NCBI GenBank assembly: GCA_964016885.1
Contig: OZ024745.1
Location: 96,844,001-96,908,000 of the forward strand
Reading direction: 5' to 3'
DNA: 64,000 nt
From: Eledone cirrhosa
Lineage: Eukaryota
Shown in pieces: positions 14,529 to 28,400 of this stretch. The position numbers and the translations under genes are program-made. The first letter of the stretch is position 1. Each line of letters begins with the position of its first letter. The notes under the pieces are model-generated. The model searched no databases and had not been told where the DNA came from. It saw only the letters and a program-made list of their open reading frames with translations.

Positions 14529-15330
14529 ACCTTCGCGTACGTATACTTGATTGTTATGGCGTATAAATTTTTTATATTTCTGGTACATATGGTTCGGCTA
14601 TGTGTATACGAGAGTTTTGCGTCTGTGTGAGTATGCAGGTTCGTACGTATGTAGGGCGTGTGTATATGTGTACTTCATGTTTTGGTTGACTTACGTCTCC
14701 GAAAATTCGTGTATTTACATGTAGGTATGTGTGTGCGCTTGTTATATACGTATTTATTTATTTATATACGTTTATATAATTATTTATTTAATTGTAGACA
14801 CACTTACACACACACACATATTTATATGTGCGTGGTTTTGTTTACCTATGGTAAGTTTTTGCGTATGATTGTACGCATTTGTTTGCGTGTTTGTATTTAT
14901 TTATTTCTATTACTTCTGTATTGTATTTATTTACTTTGTTCTTAACTCTGTAGCGGAGATTCATTCCGTCTCCTAGTTAGAATTTAGTCTACGACTTCTG
15001 CTATACCATTTACGTGGTTTTGGCTTTGCGTGCTATTGTTCTCCACGCTCCACATATGACGTATTATCTTCGTTTTTCGTTCATTTCCAGAGAACGTCTC
15101 TATGCACCACCTAAGAGAACATTAGTCTACGACCTCTTTTATACCATTAACGTGGTTCTGTCTTTGCGCGTAATTGCTTTTCACCGCTCCTATTAATGAC
15201 GTATTATATTCGTTTTTTCCCGTTCTTAGCCAGCGAACGTTTCCACGAACCAAAGTATCGTCTTCCTGTCTTCCTCCGGTTGCAACGTTTTTTGAAATAT
15301 CCAGTTCTGCGTTTACAGATTGACTTTGTT

Positions 15331-15381
15331 AGTTTCAGAAGATCCCGTTAAGGGTGAAAGCAGCGATTCTTTGCTTAAACT
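15331..15381 (+). ncRNA. Hammerhead, CAGAAGA core variant (mirror copy 13156-13206, -)
   Basis: AGTTT-CAGAAGA-tCCC(gttaa)GGGt-GAAAGCAG...TTGCTT-AAACT. Confidence 0.7.
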
Positions 15382-15406
15382 TTAATCTGTTATTTTAATA
15401 AATATA

Positions 15407-15539
<133 letters not shown>

Positions 15540-15577
15540 ATATACATATATATATATGTATGTATATATATATATAT

Positions 15578-17161
15578 AGCCGTCGAAACGGGGTCATACT
15601 TGTTCCTATGTATATATATATATATATGTATATAGGAACAAGTATGACCCCGTTTCGACGGCTATTTCTGGACTAAATAAGAATTTTTAACCTGGTAAAT
15701 AAATAGCCGAACTTCTCTTATATGGGAAGATAGTAATTGTCGAGAGGATGGGTAAAAAATGTGTTGTAAAGACAGATCATGGCATTTGGTGGGAGGTAGG
15801 GGTGGCTGAACTTGCCGGTAGAACAAAGAGGGAGTGGGGGAAACCCAGTGAAGCGTTGAAATTGAAATCTGTACAGCAGATTCTAAGGATAGTGTATAAA
15901 AGGTCGAAAAAGTGTACTGGAGAAGAGGAGGGGGGGGGGGAGCGAGTTGGAAGAATAGGTAAATCGAAAGGGAGTAAAAAAAAACAAAAAAAGAACATTA
16001 TTAAAATAAGGAAATAAATATATAAAAACAATTTCTGGTTACTACTCCATTTCTACAATCACTAAATTTCTCATTGGTATTGCTAAGCTATAGAAAAGTT
16101 TAATAGGTGGAGAATGGGAAAAATACTAAATACGAGATTGTAATGAAAGAATTTTATAAAGCCGGCTTTACAGGGGTTCTAACACCGCTGCTATAGATAG
16201 TTAGTTATCAGCAAAAGCTATCTTGCAATGACAGGTTAATAAGTTGAGAACAACAAATACAAAATACAAAAAATGCTATTACAAAAATATTAATACTAAT
16301 ACAAAAATACTAATACAAAAATACCACTAAGATATTTAGAAACCATAGAAATGGAGCAGCAACCAAAAAGAAAAAAATGTACTGGGGTCTAACACATCTG
16401 CTATAAAAGCCCGGCGACATGCCACTACACTTTCGAGCCACATCTGGGACCTCAAAGATAATAAAATAACCTACAATCTCACTTGGAGCTTACTGTCCAG
16501 AGCTAACTCTTACACGAGAGAACGCCGTCCGTGTAACTTATGCTCGCAGGAAACATTACAAATGCTGTTTTCGAAGGACCAACTCCTAAACAAGAAAGAC
16601 GAACTGGTAACCGCATGCAAACACAGATTGTGTAGGACTTACCTCGCCCTCAAACCCCAGAATTACCCCCGGGGGGGGGGGACAAGGACTGATACCCCAC
16701 TTGCCGATTTTGTAAGGGGTAACCCCTGCTTACAAAGGTAGACGTAACTTTTTTTTATCTTTTCCTCTATGTTTCCTTCTTCCCCCCCCCCATCTCTTCC
16801 TAGTCCTTCCATCCCAGATCTACTTCCTCGTCTCTTTTTTTCACCTTTCGCCTACCACGATGCAGCCCATCGGTCCTCTGTAGCCTCAGTACACCCTCAC
16901 CCTAATTTAAAGATAGAATTGGCCGATTACGCTTTTTATAGCAGATGTGTTAGACCCCAGTAAATTTTTTTCTTTTTGGTTGCTGCTTCATTTCTATGGT
17001 TTCTAAATTGCTTAGTGGTATTTTAGTCCAGAAATAGCCGTCGAAACGGCTTGAGCTCTGCCGTCGGGGTCACACTTGTTCCTATTACCCACTCTACTAC
17101 CCTAAGTATTGAGTACTTTGGTGCGTTATGGTCCATCTGGTTCCTTACCACAATTCCTCCG

Positions 17162-17163
<2 letters not shown>
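15578..17163. mobile_element. Rearranged PLE 3' ends: GIY-YIG C-terminus (+, ~16411-16670), 3' region to 17163, inverted pieces upstream
   Basis: ATTLSSHIWDLKDNKITYNLTWSLLSRANSY...CNLC...LLNKKDELVTACKH. 16322-16410 is an inverted copy of 16931-17021. Confidence 0.85.
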
Positions 17164-17230
<67 letters not shown>

Positions 17231-17232
17231 TG

Positions 17233-17850
17233 TATGTATGTATGTATGTATGTTGGTGCTACTGGTAACATGTATCCCAGTACAACCTGTCTCATGGTCG
17301 GGTCGTTGGCGACTAAACTGGCAACCCCACCAAGGTTTCTTGGTGAGGAGGGTGACTTTGGACATCCTGCAGGACTAAAAACAAAACCTGTCAAAGGGCA
17401 AGGGAGCTCTTAAGACTCAATAGCCATCCAAAATCACCGGGAGAGATGACCCCTTAGCCTTTGTCAAGGCAGAATTCTAGGAGAAGGAAAACTCTGATAT
17501 AACACCTGCAACCCTGATGGTATCCAATGATGTTGACTTGTTCTTCTTTTTGGTAAATATCATCTTGGTTAAGAGAGTGGGACTGGCTTTGTGCAGTGCC
17601 TTTGCTCACTATAAAAGCTTCACAGCACAGGCATTGCTTTATATCTGGAGATCTCTCTGCACTTGTCATCACATGGTACCATGGGCCCTGCACTATGTGT
17701 CAATAATGGTCACATGTGTCACTTTGTACCAGAGTTTTTAAGTCGCTGGCTGGACTAAAAAGTCACATTCGTTCAGCGCATCGGTAGGGGTTCTCCTACA
17801 TGGATATAAAGTAGTGGCCGTACTCGAAAACGAGTTGGCAGCCACCATGT
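17233..17850 (+). mobile_element. Non-autonomous RTE-related retroposon in (TATG)n; 5'-truncated copy at 34429-34840
   Basis: Near-identical 410 bp shared with 34429-34840. The 5' part resembles 19160-19450. (TATG)n tail. RTE affinity is inferred from the 5' UTR style. Confidence 0.65.
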
Positions 17851-17928
17851 ATGTATGTATGTATGTATGTATGTATGAAACACACACACACACATAAATA
17901 TATACATATGTGTGCATATCTTTGTTAA

Positions 17929-18280
17929 CCTGTTTAGCTTACTTCGTTTTGGGGGCTCCGGTAGCTGATAACTTCACGACCACTGTTTTCATTATGTCTG
18001 GCCTCTACAACGTATGTTAATTGCTCTAGTCTTCCTTTAGTCCATTGAGCGTTTGCCGCATATCTCGGAAATTGCGTTTCACTTTAATTTCAGCGAGATC
18101 GTACTTCGGCAGTGGCCGAAAGCAAAGTGAAACGCAATTTTCGAGATATGCGGTAAGCGCTCAATGGACTAAAGGAAGACTAGAGCAATTAACATACGTT
18201 GTAGAGGCCAGACATAATGAAAACGGCGGTCGTGAAGTTATCAGCTACCGGAGCCCCCAAAACGAAGCAAGCTAAACAGG
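17929..18280. mobile_element. piggyBac-like MITE with ~157-bp TIRs
   Basis: TTAA|CCTGTTTAGC...GCTAAACAGG|TTAA. Near-perfect inverted arms with a ~38-bp spacer. Confidence 0.85.
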
Positions 18281-18619
18281 TTAACAAAAGAATTTACCTG
18301 GACCTCCTGGAAATTGTTGGTAGAATCAAGTGGGAGGTTTCTGTGACATCTAAATCAATTATACTGCCTGCTTTCCTTGTAAGCTTTTGGTATAACAATC
18401 GTCAACAAGTATTTTGTTCTCATCCGGCGAGCGGGTTCCAATGCATTAATAGTGGTGGAGTGACTACCCCACGTGTTTACCCTGAAAGGGAGGTAACCCC
18501 GGTTTTTCGCTGATGCATTAAGAATGTGTAAAATTATTGCAAGAATTGCAAAAAACTGCACAAATCGAACTAAGCTCTCGACCGGGTTGTTTTTAAATAA
18601 AATTAAGCAATTAATTAGT

Positions 18620-18775
18620 CAATGAAATTCCCTTATAACGAAATTCACAAGGCATAAAAAAATTCGTTGTAATGAAAATGTCTTTATAACGAGATCGACC
18701 TAAAACATCGAGTGTGTGGCCGGGGATTGAAAAAATTTCATTATACTGAAAAGATCGTTATAACGGAATTTTACC
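18620..18775. mobile_element. Tc1/pogo-type MITE, same family as 8956-9129
   Basis: Co-linear similarity (ATAACGAGATCGACCTAA...GGCCGGGGA). Confidence 0.75.
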
Positions 18776-19159
18776 TGGACCAGGTGGACCATGCCACCCC
18801 CACCCCCCCCACCCCAATAATTATATTTTTCTCCCCAAACTATCAAAACACATCTTTTTGTAAGTGTGCTACAATTTATGTACATGTTATGTTTATCGCA
18901 TATCGAAGTTTTTTTATATGTTGTTTAACGTTTGATAATAACAGCTAAATTAATTACAACTTAAATTGACCAAATTTGGCACCCCTAATTCACAAATGCT
19001 CCCACCGCCACTGAATTAACTTTAACACATTTTCAATTTTCTTCACCTAAGAACATCTCTTGTTTTATAGCTGACTTGTTTAATAACAATTAACCTAAGA
19101 ACGTTATTTCTGATTTATTTGGTTAAAAACATACTTATTCGTTAGTTTAAAACTCCGAC

Positions 19160-19450
19160 TAAACCCGCAACCCCACGTAGTTTACTTGGTGAGGGGGTTG
19201 ATTTTGGACACCTTGCAGGACAAAAAACAAAACCTGACAAAAGGCGGAAGAACTCATAAAGGTCAACAGCCATCTATAAAAAAAAAATCCTGCCAAATCA
19301 ATGAGTGGCAGAAGTTCCAGCTGCACGCATCGAAATACTGGTGTAGTGGTTCTGAGAACGATGCAGCTTTGCAGATGATCAATGCAAATTGACAATGGAA
19401 AGGCGCTTCCGCTCGAGTTAGAAGAGAACTATTGACCTTCAGGAGAAACA
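19160..19450 (+). mobile_element. RTE-like 5' UTR fragment
   Basis: Shares GCAACCCCAC...CTTGGTGAGG...TTTGGACA..TGCAGGAC..AAAACAAAACCTG with 17310-17400. Confidence 0.5.
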
Positions 19451-20163
19451 AATATGAAGTACACCAAATCCAATGCTCCTAGGAGCGGTCCTGGTTCTTA
19501 TTTGCGAGTGTAAACTCGGCCAGATTAGATTAGATAAAAGTCCGAGTAATTTTCCTTGAAGTAATTGCTCAATAATTATGTTTAGAAGACTCTTATTTAT
19601 TTATACTATCTACTATTTACTAAAACAGACATGGGCAACCTTTTTCGAGCTGTGAGCCGCACTACTAATAGTTTCAAAGCAATTTTGAAATTAGGCGGAA
19701 ACTTGTGACAGGGTAAACGGACAGCTAGAAGATCTTCAAAAGAAGAACTCCAATCAAGCAAGTGTTTCCGCACTTGATACTTCCTGATACTTTAAAGGAA
19801 CCAGGCCCACTCAGGTCGTGACTCCTAAGTTTCTTTCTGCTGTGTTTCTCCTCAAGTGGGATATGAACTCTGGACTTTCCAGTGACCTTGTTGTTCATTC
19901 CTGTGGTTTATACCACCAAGGCACGAAGACCACCGGTAGAACACATTACATCTTTTAAACAGCTATCATCCTATCTTAGTTCCAGTTGTCGTTCCTCTTT
20001 CACCATATTCATATTTAGCTTTCCTCATCTGTCGTTTTGTTATTGTCACTCTGCGTCTTCTTTCAAAAGTTAACTACTATCCATTCAGCATATTAACCAC
20101 AAAACTTATATAACTCTTCAATATACACAAACATCAACACAGTCTATTATTAACTCGATCAAA

Positions 20164-20620
20164 AGGGTGGTGAACTGGCAGTATCGGTAGAGGGTCGGAC
20201 GCCATGATTTGCAGCATAGAGTTACGGCCCTTTATGATCTGAGTCCAAATCCCGCCGAGGTTAACTTTACCTTTCATCCTTATGGGGTCGATAAAATAAA
20301 GCATCAGTAACGTACTGGTGTCGATTTAATCGACTTTCCCCTCCCCCCAAATTGCTGGCCTTGTGCCTATACAAGAAATCCTTATCTTGATGAAGACTCT
20401 CTATTTACTATCTCGTTCAAGACTGTTTACTACAATTTATATTCACTAAAAATTGAAAATATAACCTAAAATGTGTATCATTCAAATCATCAATAAAATA
20501 ATAGATTCTACTTTTGGCACAAGGCCAGCAATTAACCCAGTGTATTACTGGTACTTTATTTTATCGACCCCGTAAGGATGAAAGGCAAAGTTAACCTCGA
20601 CGGGATTTGAACTCAGATCA
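20164..20620. mobile_element. Two SINE copies (20164-20385 +, 20505-20620 - truncated)
   Basis: Match to the dominant SINE consensus. Confidence 0.88.
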
Positions 20621-20696
20621 ATAAGATAATGTAGAACAGCAGCTCTTGGAGTATCCAGGATCTAATTCTGTATAGGAAAACATTGTCCTTATGAGC

Positions 20697-21281
20697 AAAC
20701 ACACAGACACAGACATACACGGACACACACACATATACACTCACACGGACACAGGCATACATGGACGGACACACACATATACATACACGGACACACACAC
20801 ACACGGACACAGACATACATACACGGACACACACACACACGGACACAGACATACATGGACGGACACACACATATACACACACATGGACACAGGCATATAC
20901 ACTCACACGGACACAGGCATACATGAACGGACACACACATATACACACACACGGACACAGACATACATGGACGGACACACACATATACATACACGGACAC
21001 ACACACACACGGACACAGACATACATACACGGACACACACACACACGGACACAGACATACATGGACGGACACACACATATACACACACATGGACACAGGC
21101 ATATACACTCACACGGACACAGGCATACATGAACGGACACACACATATACACACACACGGACACAGACATACATGGACGGACACACACATATATACACAC
21201 ACACGGACACAGACATACATGGACGGACACACACACACGGACACAGACATACATGGACGGACACACACATATACACTCACA
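20697..21281. repeat. CA-derived minisatellite with ~210-bp higher-order duplication
   Basis: Units such as CACGGACACAGACATACATGGACGGACACACACATATA are repeated. Confidence 0.9.
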
Positions 21282-21437
21282 GATGTGGGGTGGGTGTTCT
21301 TGTGTATTTGTACATTAGACAATCTATCTATTTATCCCCCCTCCACTCTCTCTCCCTATATATATATATGTGTGTGGGGGGAGTGTGTGTGTGTATGCGC
21401 ATATATATATATGTATATAGCGAGAGAGAGAGGTACG

Positions 21438-21473
<36 letters not shown>

Positions 21474-21937
21474 CTCTATCATAGATTGTCAGACAAATAT
21501 GAGCCACAAACAACGCAATGCTTCATCGTCGAATTGTCTACTTGTGTCTGACCAGTAATTTCACCCTCTCTCTGCTTCATAATTCTTGGCAATTCAGACA
21601 AAACACTAACCTCAGTAATCCCGGCAACTTATCCAGATAGACAAAACTACTAAAGGTTTGAAAAAGGTCAAAGGCACTGCTTGTTTAGTTCACTATTACT
21701 AACATAAACACAAATGCGTAAATTCCTACACGCACATACATAACTACATACATATATACATACACACATACATACATACATATATTTTCCAACACGTAAT
21801 GCAACTTTACTGGGCTGATATTAATTGTGTGTCAGGCAAAGATAAATTGTTTTTCTAATCCGAATTTTCTAGGAGGCATGAACACATACAAACGAAGCAA
21901 AACAAAACAAAACACACACACACACGCACACGCGCGC

Positions 21938-22052
<115 letters not shown>

Positions 22053-22782
22053 CACAAAATCAAACAAAAGAAAAATGCAATATTAATCTCTTCTTTACTG
22101 CATATTTTATCTCTGATAGCTAAGCTAAAATTATGGCTTGCATTCGTTGTATGGAGAGGTAAAATGACTTCTAATACAGTTTTTATTTGGCTTTTAGTAG
22201 ACTGAAAGTATAACAATAAACTATGTTACTGAACATTATAGTATCTTGCAGCGGTAGGTTGACCTATAACATTCCAAGTATAAAAGTTTGTCAGTTGAAA
22301 CACATCAGGCATAAAAATGAAATCTATTTACTGACGTTTAAAAATCAATAGGGTTTTGCAACTTATATTCTACTGTTGCTGTAAGAAAGTTAATAAATAA
22401 TGCTCTATCTCAGTTCTTAACTAATATACATTAACTAAACGTTAATCAATGTAGAATGATATGTCACGTTATAAGGCAGACATTTCATGATAAGGCAGAT
22501 ATTTCATGCGGCTCTCTTCGTCGAACCACGCCTGCTAATTTTAGTGGTGGTCCTTAATTTAAACACACTGAAAATCTAAACATCATGCGCAGACTACCCC
22601 CACACTAGTAACTTATAAGACACATTTGTTCTTTGTTCGAAAATGATTTACAAATAATCAGCTTGCGTCTGATAAATACAAGGTCGGTGTTTCAATTATA
22701 GAAATTAGTGTTTCGAGGGTTCCTAAATGAATTGCAAACATCTCTCGTACGAAACTGCTTCCTAGAGTTAATAGTACGTATG

Positions 22783-22958
22783 CAGACCTGCCAACCTCTA
22801 AACGCCCAAACGGGGAGTACTATGAAAAAGAGGGCTCCAAAACGGGGAGCAATGAGGCAAAATGGGGAGATTTTACATAATGAAAGCTATACCCATTTTT
22901 ACAAGAGAAGACATATCTCACCCACTTTGGAGTCGGACGGGGAGAGTTGACAAGTCCG
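22783..22958. mobile_element. hAT-like MITE
   Basis: CAGACCTGCCAAC...GTTGACAAGTCCG ends, internal AAACGGGGAG repeats, flanking direct repeat CGTATG. Confidence 0.65.
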
Positions 22959-24225
22959 CGTATGGTCTAAAGTAATATTGCCTATGAATAGTAACTACTT
23001 CAAACAAAATGACACTAATCAAGGAGCAAATAAATTGGAAAAGCTTAGCCATACATGTAAACAAACTAGTGGTGTATACAAAATTTTACCTCCAGCGTAA
23101 GTCATGCCTTTTATTAGTTAATGATCATCTGAGTAAGACACCAACAGTGTAATGTGTGTTTAACTAACAGTCTTTTTTGCGAGGTGGAGTGAACAGAGGC
23201 AAGGTATACCTTCATAAAACTCTGTAACTTACTGTATATTGAATAGGTAAAACAATCTTTTGGTAGGTGAAGACATTCAAGTTTAAAATTCCTAAATTAC
23301 TATTTCCCCCAACATTTTCAAGTCAAAGAGAAGACAAATCTACACAATTACTTATAAGAGTAAATGTAACATTATGTAGTGGACTTTGAAACCGTTACTT
23401 TAATTTCTGGTTGTGTAAACAATGTCAAACAGCGGTGGTGAAAGCAACGATTTCCAGAAAGAGAATGAACTAAAACCTCTTAATATATTATCCTTCCAAA
23501 CTTTTTGCAGGAAGTCCGACCCAATCCGTCCTCCACACGACTCAAAAGCTATTGACTATTTATTTTTTATTTGAATTCTAATGTTCCATAATGTAACTGT
23601 AAAGGCGAATCACTTTGAAATAAATAAAGAGAATAAACTGAAGGAAATCAAGTCATTTTTGCCATAAACATTATAATGATTTCTTTATTATATTTTATTT
23701 ATTTGTAAATAAATAAATATTTAATAATAGGCATTTAGTAAGCTTTATAATATTACTAGCTAATAACTCATTTTATACGATGATGTTAAATAACTTTATA
23801 TCTCTGATTTCATCTATACTTATCTATAATTAGAACGGTTTTCAGACAAACATTTCCGTAATAGATTTATGGAAAAACCTTTTGTTAGGTTTGGTGCTAA
23901 ATACCATTTTAATACATCAATAAATAAATAAAGTTGCTTTAGAAAACTAGGCTAAATTTAAGGTTATTTTAGAAGTTAATTGAAACATTGTAGCCTTATA
24001 GAAATATAGTAACAAAGCAGTTAACGATTTTATGGGAAGTAGTGACATTTTATAACATTCTGAATACATCAAACATCGCCTCATAGTGGGGGGACTATAA
24101 ATGTCAACAAAAAACAGGGTTGTTTCAATGAACCTGTAAAATTTAAGGTTCGTCTTATAGGCCGTCAAATACGGTGAATATTTGATTTATGTTTACAAAA
24201 TGACTTACAAAAAGGGCACCTACTA

Positions 24226-24305
24226 TTGGCTCGTCAAGTATGAAATTTGTAGATATTTGTAGAAAGAAAAACAAATTTCTACAAATTTCATACTTGACGA
24301 CCCAA
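24226..24305. mobile_element. 80-bp mariner-type hairpin MITE
   Basis: TA|TTGGCTCGTCAAGTATGAAATTTGTAGA...TCTACAAATTTCATACTTGACGACCCAA|TA. Confidence 0.8.
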
Positions 24306-25429
24306 TATATATATATTTCTTGACACAAGCAAGTTAGTTGGTATGTATGGCTGTATGTATAAACAAATAAGTAAATTAATCTGCCGTCGGTTTCAACGAC
24401 AATAAGCATCTCAATATTTTCACCAACTAAATGGCATAATCATTGAATTATAGATTAAGTGGCTGAATATTACATAAAACCTTGTAACATCAATGTAATA
24501 TTCGGGTAGAATCAGCAGCACACAGAGAGTAACAAAACTGCTCGATTGAATTACAAAAAGTGTCAATTAGTCGGGCTTCCATAAAACCGAATTCCATTCA
24601 TAAAATATTGGTCAACCAGAGTCTAAGATTAAAACCATTTTTCTGGGTTCAGTGAGATGGCATCAAACCCGAATCACTTGGTTGCAAAACATACACATGA
24701 ATTAACGTTCATTAACAAAATATTTTTTGAAATGATTGATTGGTTACTCTACTATATGGCTACAGCTGTATAACTTAAGCTGCTATTCCACCCTCTTACT
24801 TGTGTGTTGGGACGCTGTTATATATGTAAACTAGCAGAGGTACCCGGCGTTGCCCGGTATAACTCTCAATGGAGTAGTCATTCAAATGAACCGAAAGACT
24901 TAAACACGAATATAGAAGTAACAATTTGTAGGTGTTGGCCCTAAAGAGGGCCTTTGAACGTTCACTTTGAAATATCTCTGCGGCGGTGCTGCCAGCAAAG
25001 ACGAATCCGATGGTAACAATTTAAAGTTAGTGGCCCTGAAGAGGGCCATGGGTCGTTCACTCTTAAAAGTCCCAGCGGCAGAGCTGTCAGCAAAGACGAC
25101 TCCGATTAGAGGTGGTGGCCGTTCAGAAGTCCTTCACACCACATTGGTGTGTCGTATTTGCTTTGCTTGTTATTTGAGATTTTAACCTAGAAAAGCATGT
25201 AACAGTCGGTGGCCACAAAAACGGCCTTGGCAAGATCACGCTGGAATGTCAAAAATATGTGTAAATAAGATGGAGGGAAAAGTATTTTAATTAGGTTAAA
25301 ACGTATAGCAAAAGCAACCTCAGAGGTGTAGGTGGTATTGTCAAAAGGACAAAAATAGCACACTGATGCAGCAAATGTAAGCACTTATACAACAAAAAAA
25401 CAGCGATTACTTGTTGACGGATGGGGTGC

Positions 25430-28400
25430 CTACAAAACTTCTTTATAGACTATATTTTGGGTTTTCTCGCGAGTTGCAAAAACAAATAGGTTATGTCGGC
25501 TCCCCACTCGAGAGCAGCCAACATATACTTGACCATGGGAGAAGCACGGTTCTTCTAAATTAAGCCCTACGACCGTCAGCGTCTGACCCTGTGATTTGTT
25601 AATCGACATGGCGAAACTGAGCCGGAGAGGGAATTGCAGCCTTCTGAATGTGAAAGGAATGTCTTTACCTGATGGAATGAGAGGTATCCTTGGTATGAAG
25701 ACAGTATCTCCCTTAACATATTCTGTAAGTATTGTTGCCTCAATAACATGAGGCATCGCTTCTGGACGACCAGACGCGTGCCGTTGGAGAGCCTTCGGGG
25801 TTCCAAATTCCTGAGGAGCCTGACAGGGGCACCTTTCTTAAGTCACAGTAAATGTGATGGCAATCCGGGAGGGTCTAGGGTGTTAAGAAATTCTGTGGGG
25901 TAATTAACAACTTCGTCCGGATCAGCCATAGAGTCAAGGGACTTGTAGTCGTGCAGGTTTCCAGGCAAGCACAGCATGAGCTGTTCATTGATGTTTCCAA
26001 CTATGTGGGTTTTCGAAGCCAATATTGAGCGTTCACACAACCACTCTTGATTTGTGTAGTTCTCCTCAAGATTAGGAAAAACAGACGTCCGTAACTCAGC
26101 AATTGACTTAACGCATCTGCAAATCCCTGTGAGGTCCGCTGCACCGTCTCCGTCGAGTGGGACTTTGCCATCTCCCAACGACAAAATGGCAGCAGCAAAA
26201 CCCGCTGATGTCTCATCACCTTGCAGTTGTGCTCTCGTGTTTGTTGTAAGCGTCAGCTTTCTAACATAACGCCAAAGTGGGGAGGCCTTAAGGCATGCAC
26301 CAACCTTATCAGCCCGTATACCTTTTGGGATTAGGAGGCAGAGTCTGTCGGAAGTCCCCAGATAACAGGAAAGTGACACCTCCCATTGGTTCTTGACAGT
26401 CCCTGATGTCTCTGAGTGATCCGTCTAATGTCTCGAAAGCCGCCTAGTGGGCCATTGTGCATTCGTCCCAAACAATTAGTAGGCAGCGCTTTAACACCAG
26501 TGCTTTTCCGGAAGATTTGCTTATGTTGCACGTGGGTGTTTCAGATGATGCCACGTTGAGAGGAAGACTGAAGGCAGAATGGGCCGTCCTGTCACCAGGC
26601 AGCAAAGTTGCTGCAATGCCGGAAGAAGCCACGGCCAATGCGATGTTTCCGTGTTACCTCACTGCAGCGAGTAAAAGTTTGATTACAAATGTTTTGCCCA
26701 TACCTCCAGGTGCGTCCAGGAAGAATATACCCCCTCCCCGATTACGGATGAAATCAACGACAATGTTGTAGGCTTGTTTCTGATCCATTAAAAGTTTTGG
26801 TTTATTTTCTTCAACATACCTTTTGAGTTCGTCGACATCATATGACGTTTCACGTATAATGTCGTTCGGAATGTCAGATAGCGTATCTCGAAGTGTTTGC
26901 GGAAGCCCATATTTCTCCAAGACATCTCCGCCCATTAAAGCCACTCTGTCTTCAATATCGATCAGAGCTTTGTTATATATAGCGTCTGAAAAGCCGATAT
27001 CTAAGTTTGGAAATTGCAATTGAGCGAGTCCCCTATATTCGTCTGCGAAATCATCTTTAAACTTTTGCCATAAAGAGTAAGGATAGCTCAATTCACAGAC
27101 GTGCAAGAGGATAGCAAAAAGAGCTCTTAGACTATGGGATGATTGTGAGATGGCACCTTCTGTCAAGGTTGCATCCCATTGTGCGTCATCTTTTAAAAGT
27201 CCACGCCTCAAGCAGGCTTCCCTGTACGTTCCACAGGCGTATCCATCGACGGTTCTCAGATGAGTGAAGCTGGTCGGCCCTCTTACCTCATGAAGGAGAA
27301 GTCGCAGGTAGAAGCATTCATGTTGCGTAGAGTGGACCGTATAAACTCGCCCAATGCAATTGTCGAATTTGATGCCTGGATCTCCAACCACCTCTTGCCC
27401 TACCTTCCTTCGTAGCCATTTTGTCCAGTTCCATGTATAGTAAGACGGTATTTCAGAATACAGCAGAGTTCGAGCGAAGTCGTCATGTTGACAAAGTTTC
27501 AAAAAGCGCTGAGTGTAGTTTCCTTTGGTGAGATCGCTTGCTGAGCAGCTGTTGCATCGTTGAAATACACCCGTTGACCGTTTTCAAGGTGAACGGCAAG
27601 TTGTTTAATGACGGGGTGTCGTTGGTGCAGTGGGAAGCCAAAAATGCACCAAAAGGCATCACTGCTGCTAATATATCGGCCTGCTTTGTAGTCAGATCCC
27701 TCGTCTCTACTGTTTTCATGACGAAGACCAAAGACGGCAGCATCCGATCCCTTGTTTACGTACTTACAAACGTATTTAATTTATTTTACTGAGTTGTAAA
27801 ATTCGACGTTTATATGGGCGTTGAACGCTTTCAAGTGGAGGGGGCACTATGGCACTATCCAGCTGTTGTCGATTTTGCGTTCGCCGAATTTTGCTGTAAA
27901 CCTACCGTGTTCAGGTCTCCTGTGCCTATACAACAAATATCCGTCACCGCCAGTCTGGGTTTCCTGTAAAAACGGCCTGGGATATCGTTTTGTACACTTT
28001 CCGTCGTGTATGCACAGGGATTTCATATTGAGTCCATGTCCGCAAGGACCATGGACCATGTTTGATGTGACTATAGAGAAGAGGTCCTTGTCAATCGACG
28101 GATCAGTTAGTTCGGTAGAAATGAATTTGTGGATGTAGTTTGAACTGATTTTTGTAACCAACCAAATCAAGATATGGGCATGCGGAAGCCCTCGTTTCTG
28201 CCATTCAACCGTGTACATGTCGCACCTGACAGGTCCAAAAACCTGTCCTTTCTTTAATAAATCCATTAATTTGGATAATTTCGGGCGAAACACTCTTGCT
28301 ATGAGATCGTGCCTGTGTCTTGGCGCTTGACGGTGGAACAGTTCGTTTGTAATCTTCTTCCACTTGGGATTGCATGTAAACGTTATGAAAAGGTCGGGGC

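Larger units (their letters stand above)
13127..15405 (-). mobile_element. 5'-truncated PLE with inverted duplication of its 3' region (~880-bp inverted repeat)
   Basis: 13127-14014 is a near-identical reverse complement of 14527-15405. A GIY-YIG fragment lies between the arms, and there is an HHR near each outer end. Confidence 0.9.

Noticed and set aside
21476-21660. Possible host exon on the minus strand (...ELPRIMKQREGEITGQ...)
   Set aside because: Short frame, no recognisable domain and no partner exons.
22100-24800. AT-rich unique-looking stretch as a decayed transposase or gene
   Set aside because: No motif could be recovered by hand in any frame. A translated search would be needed.
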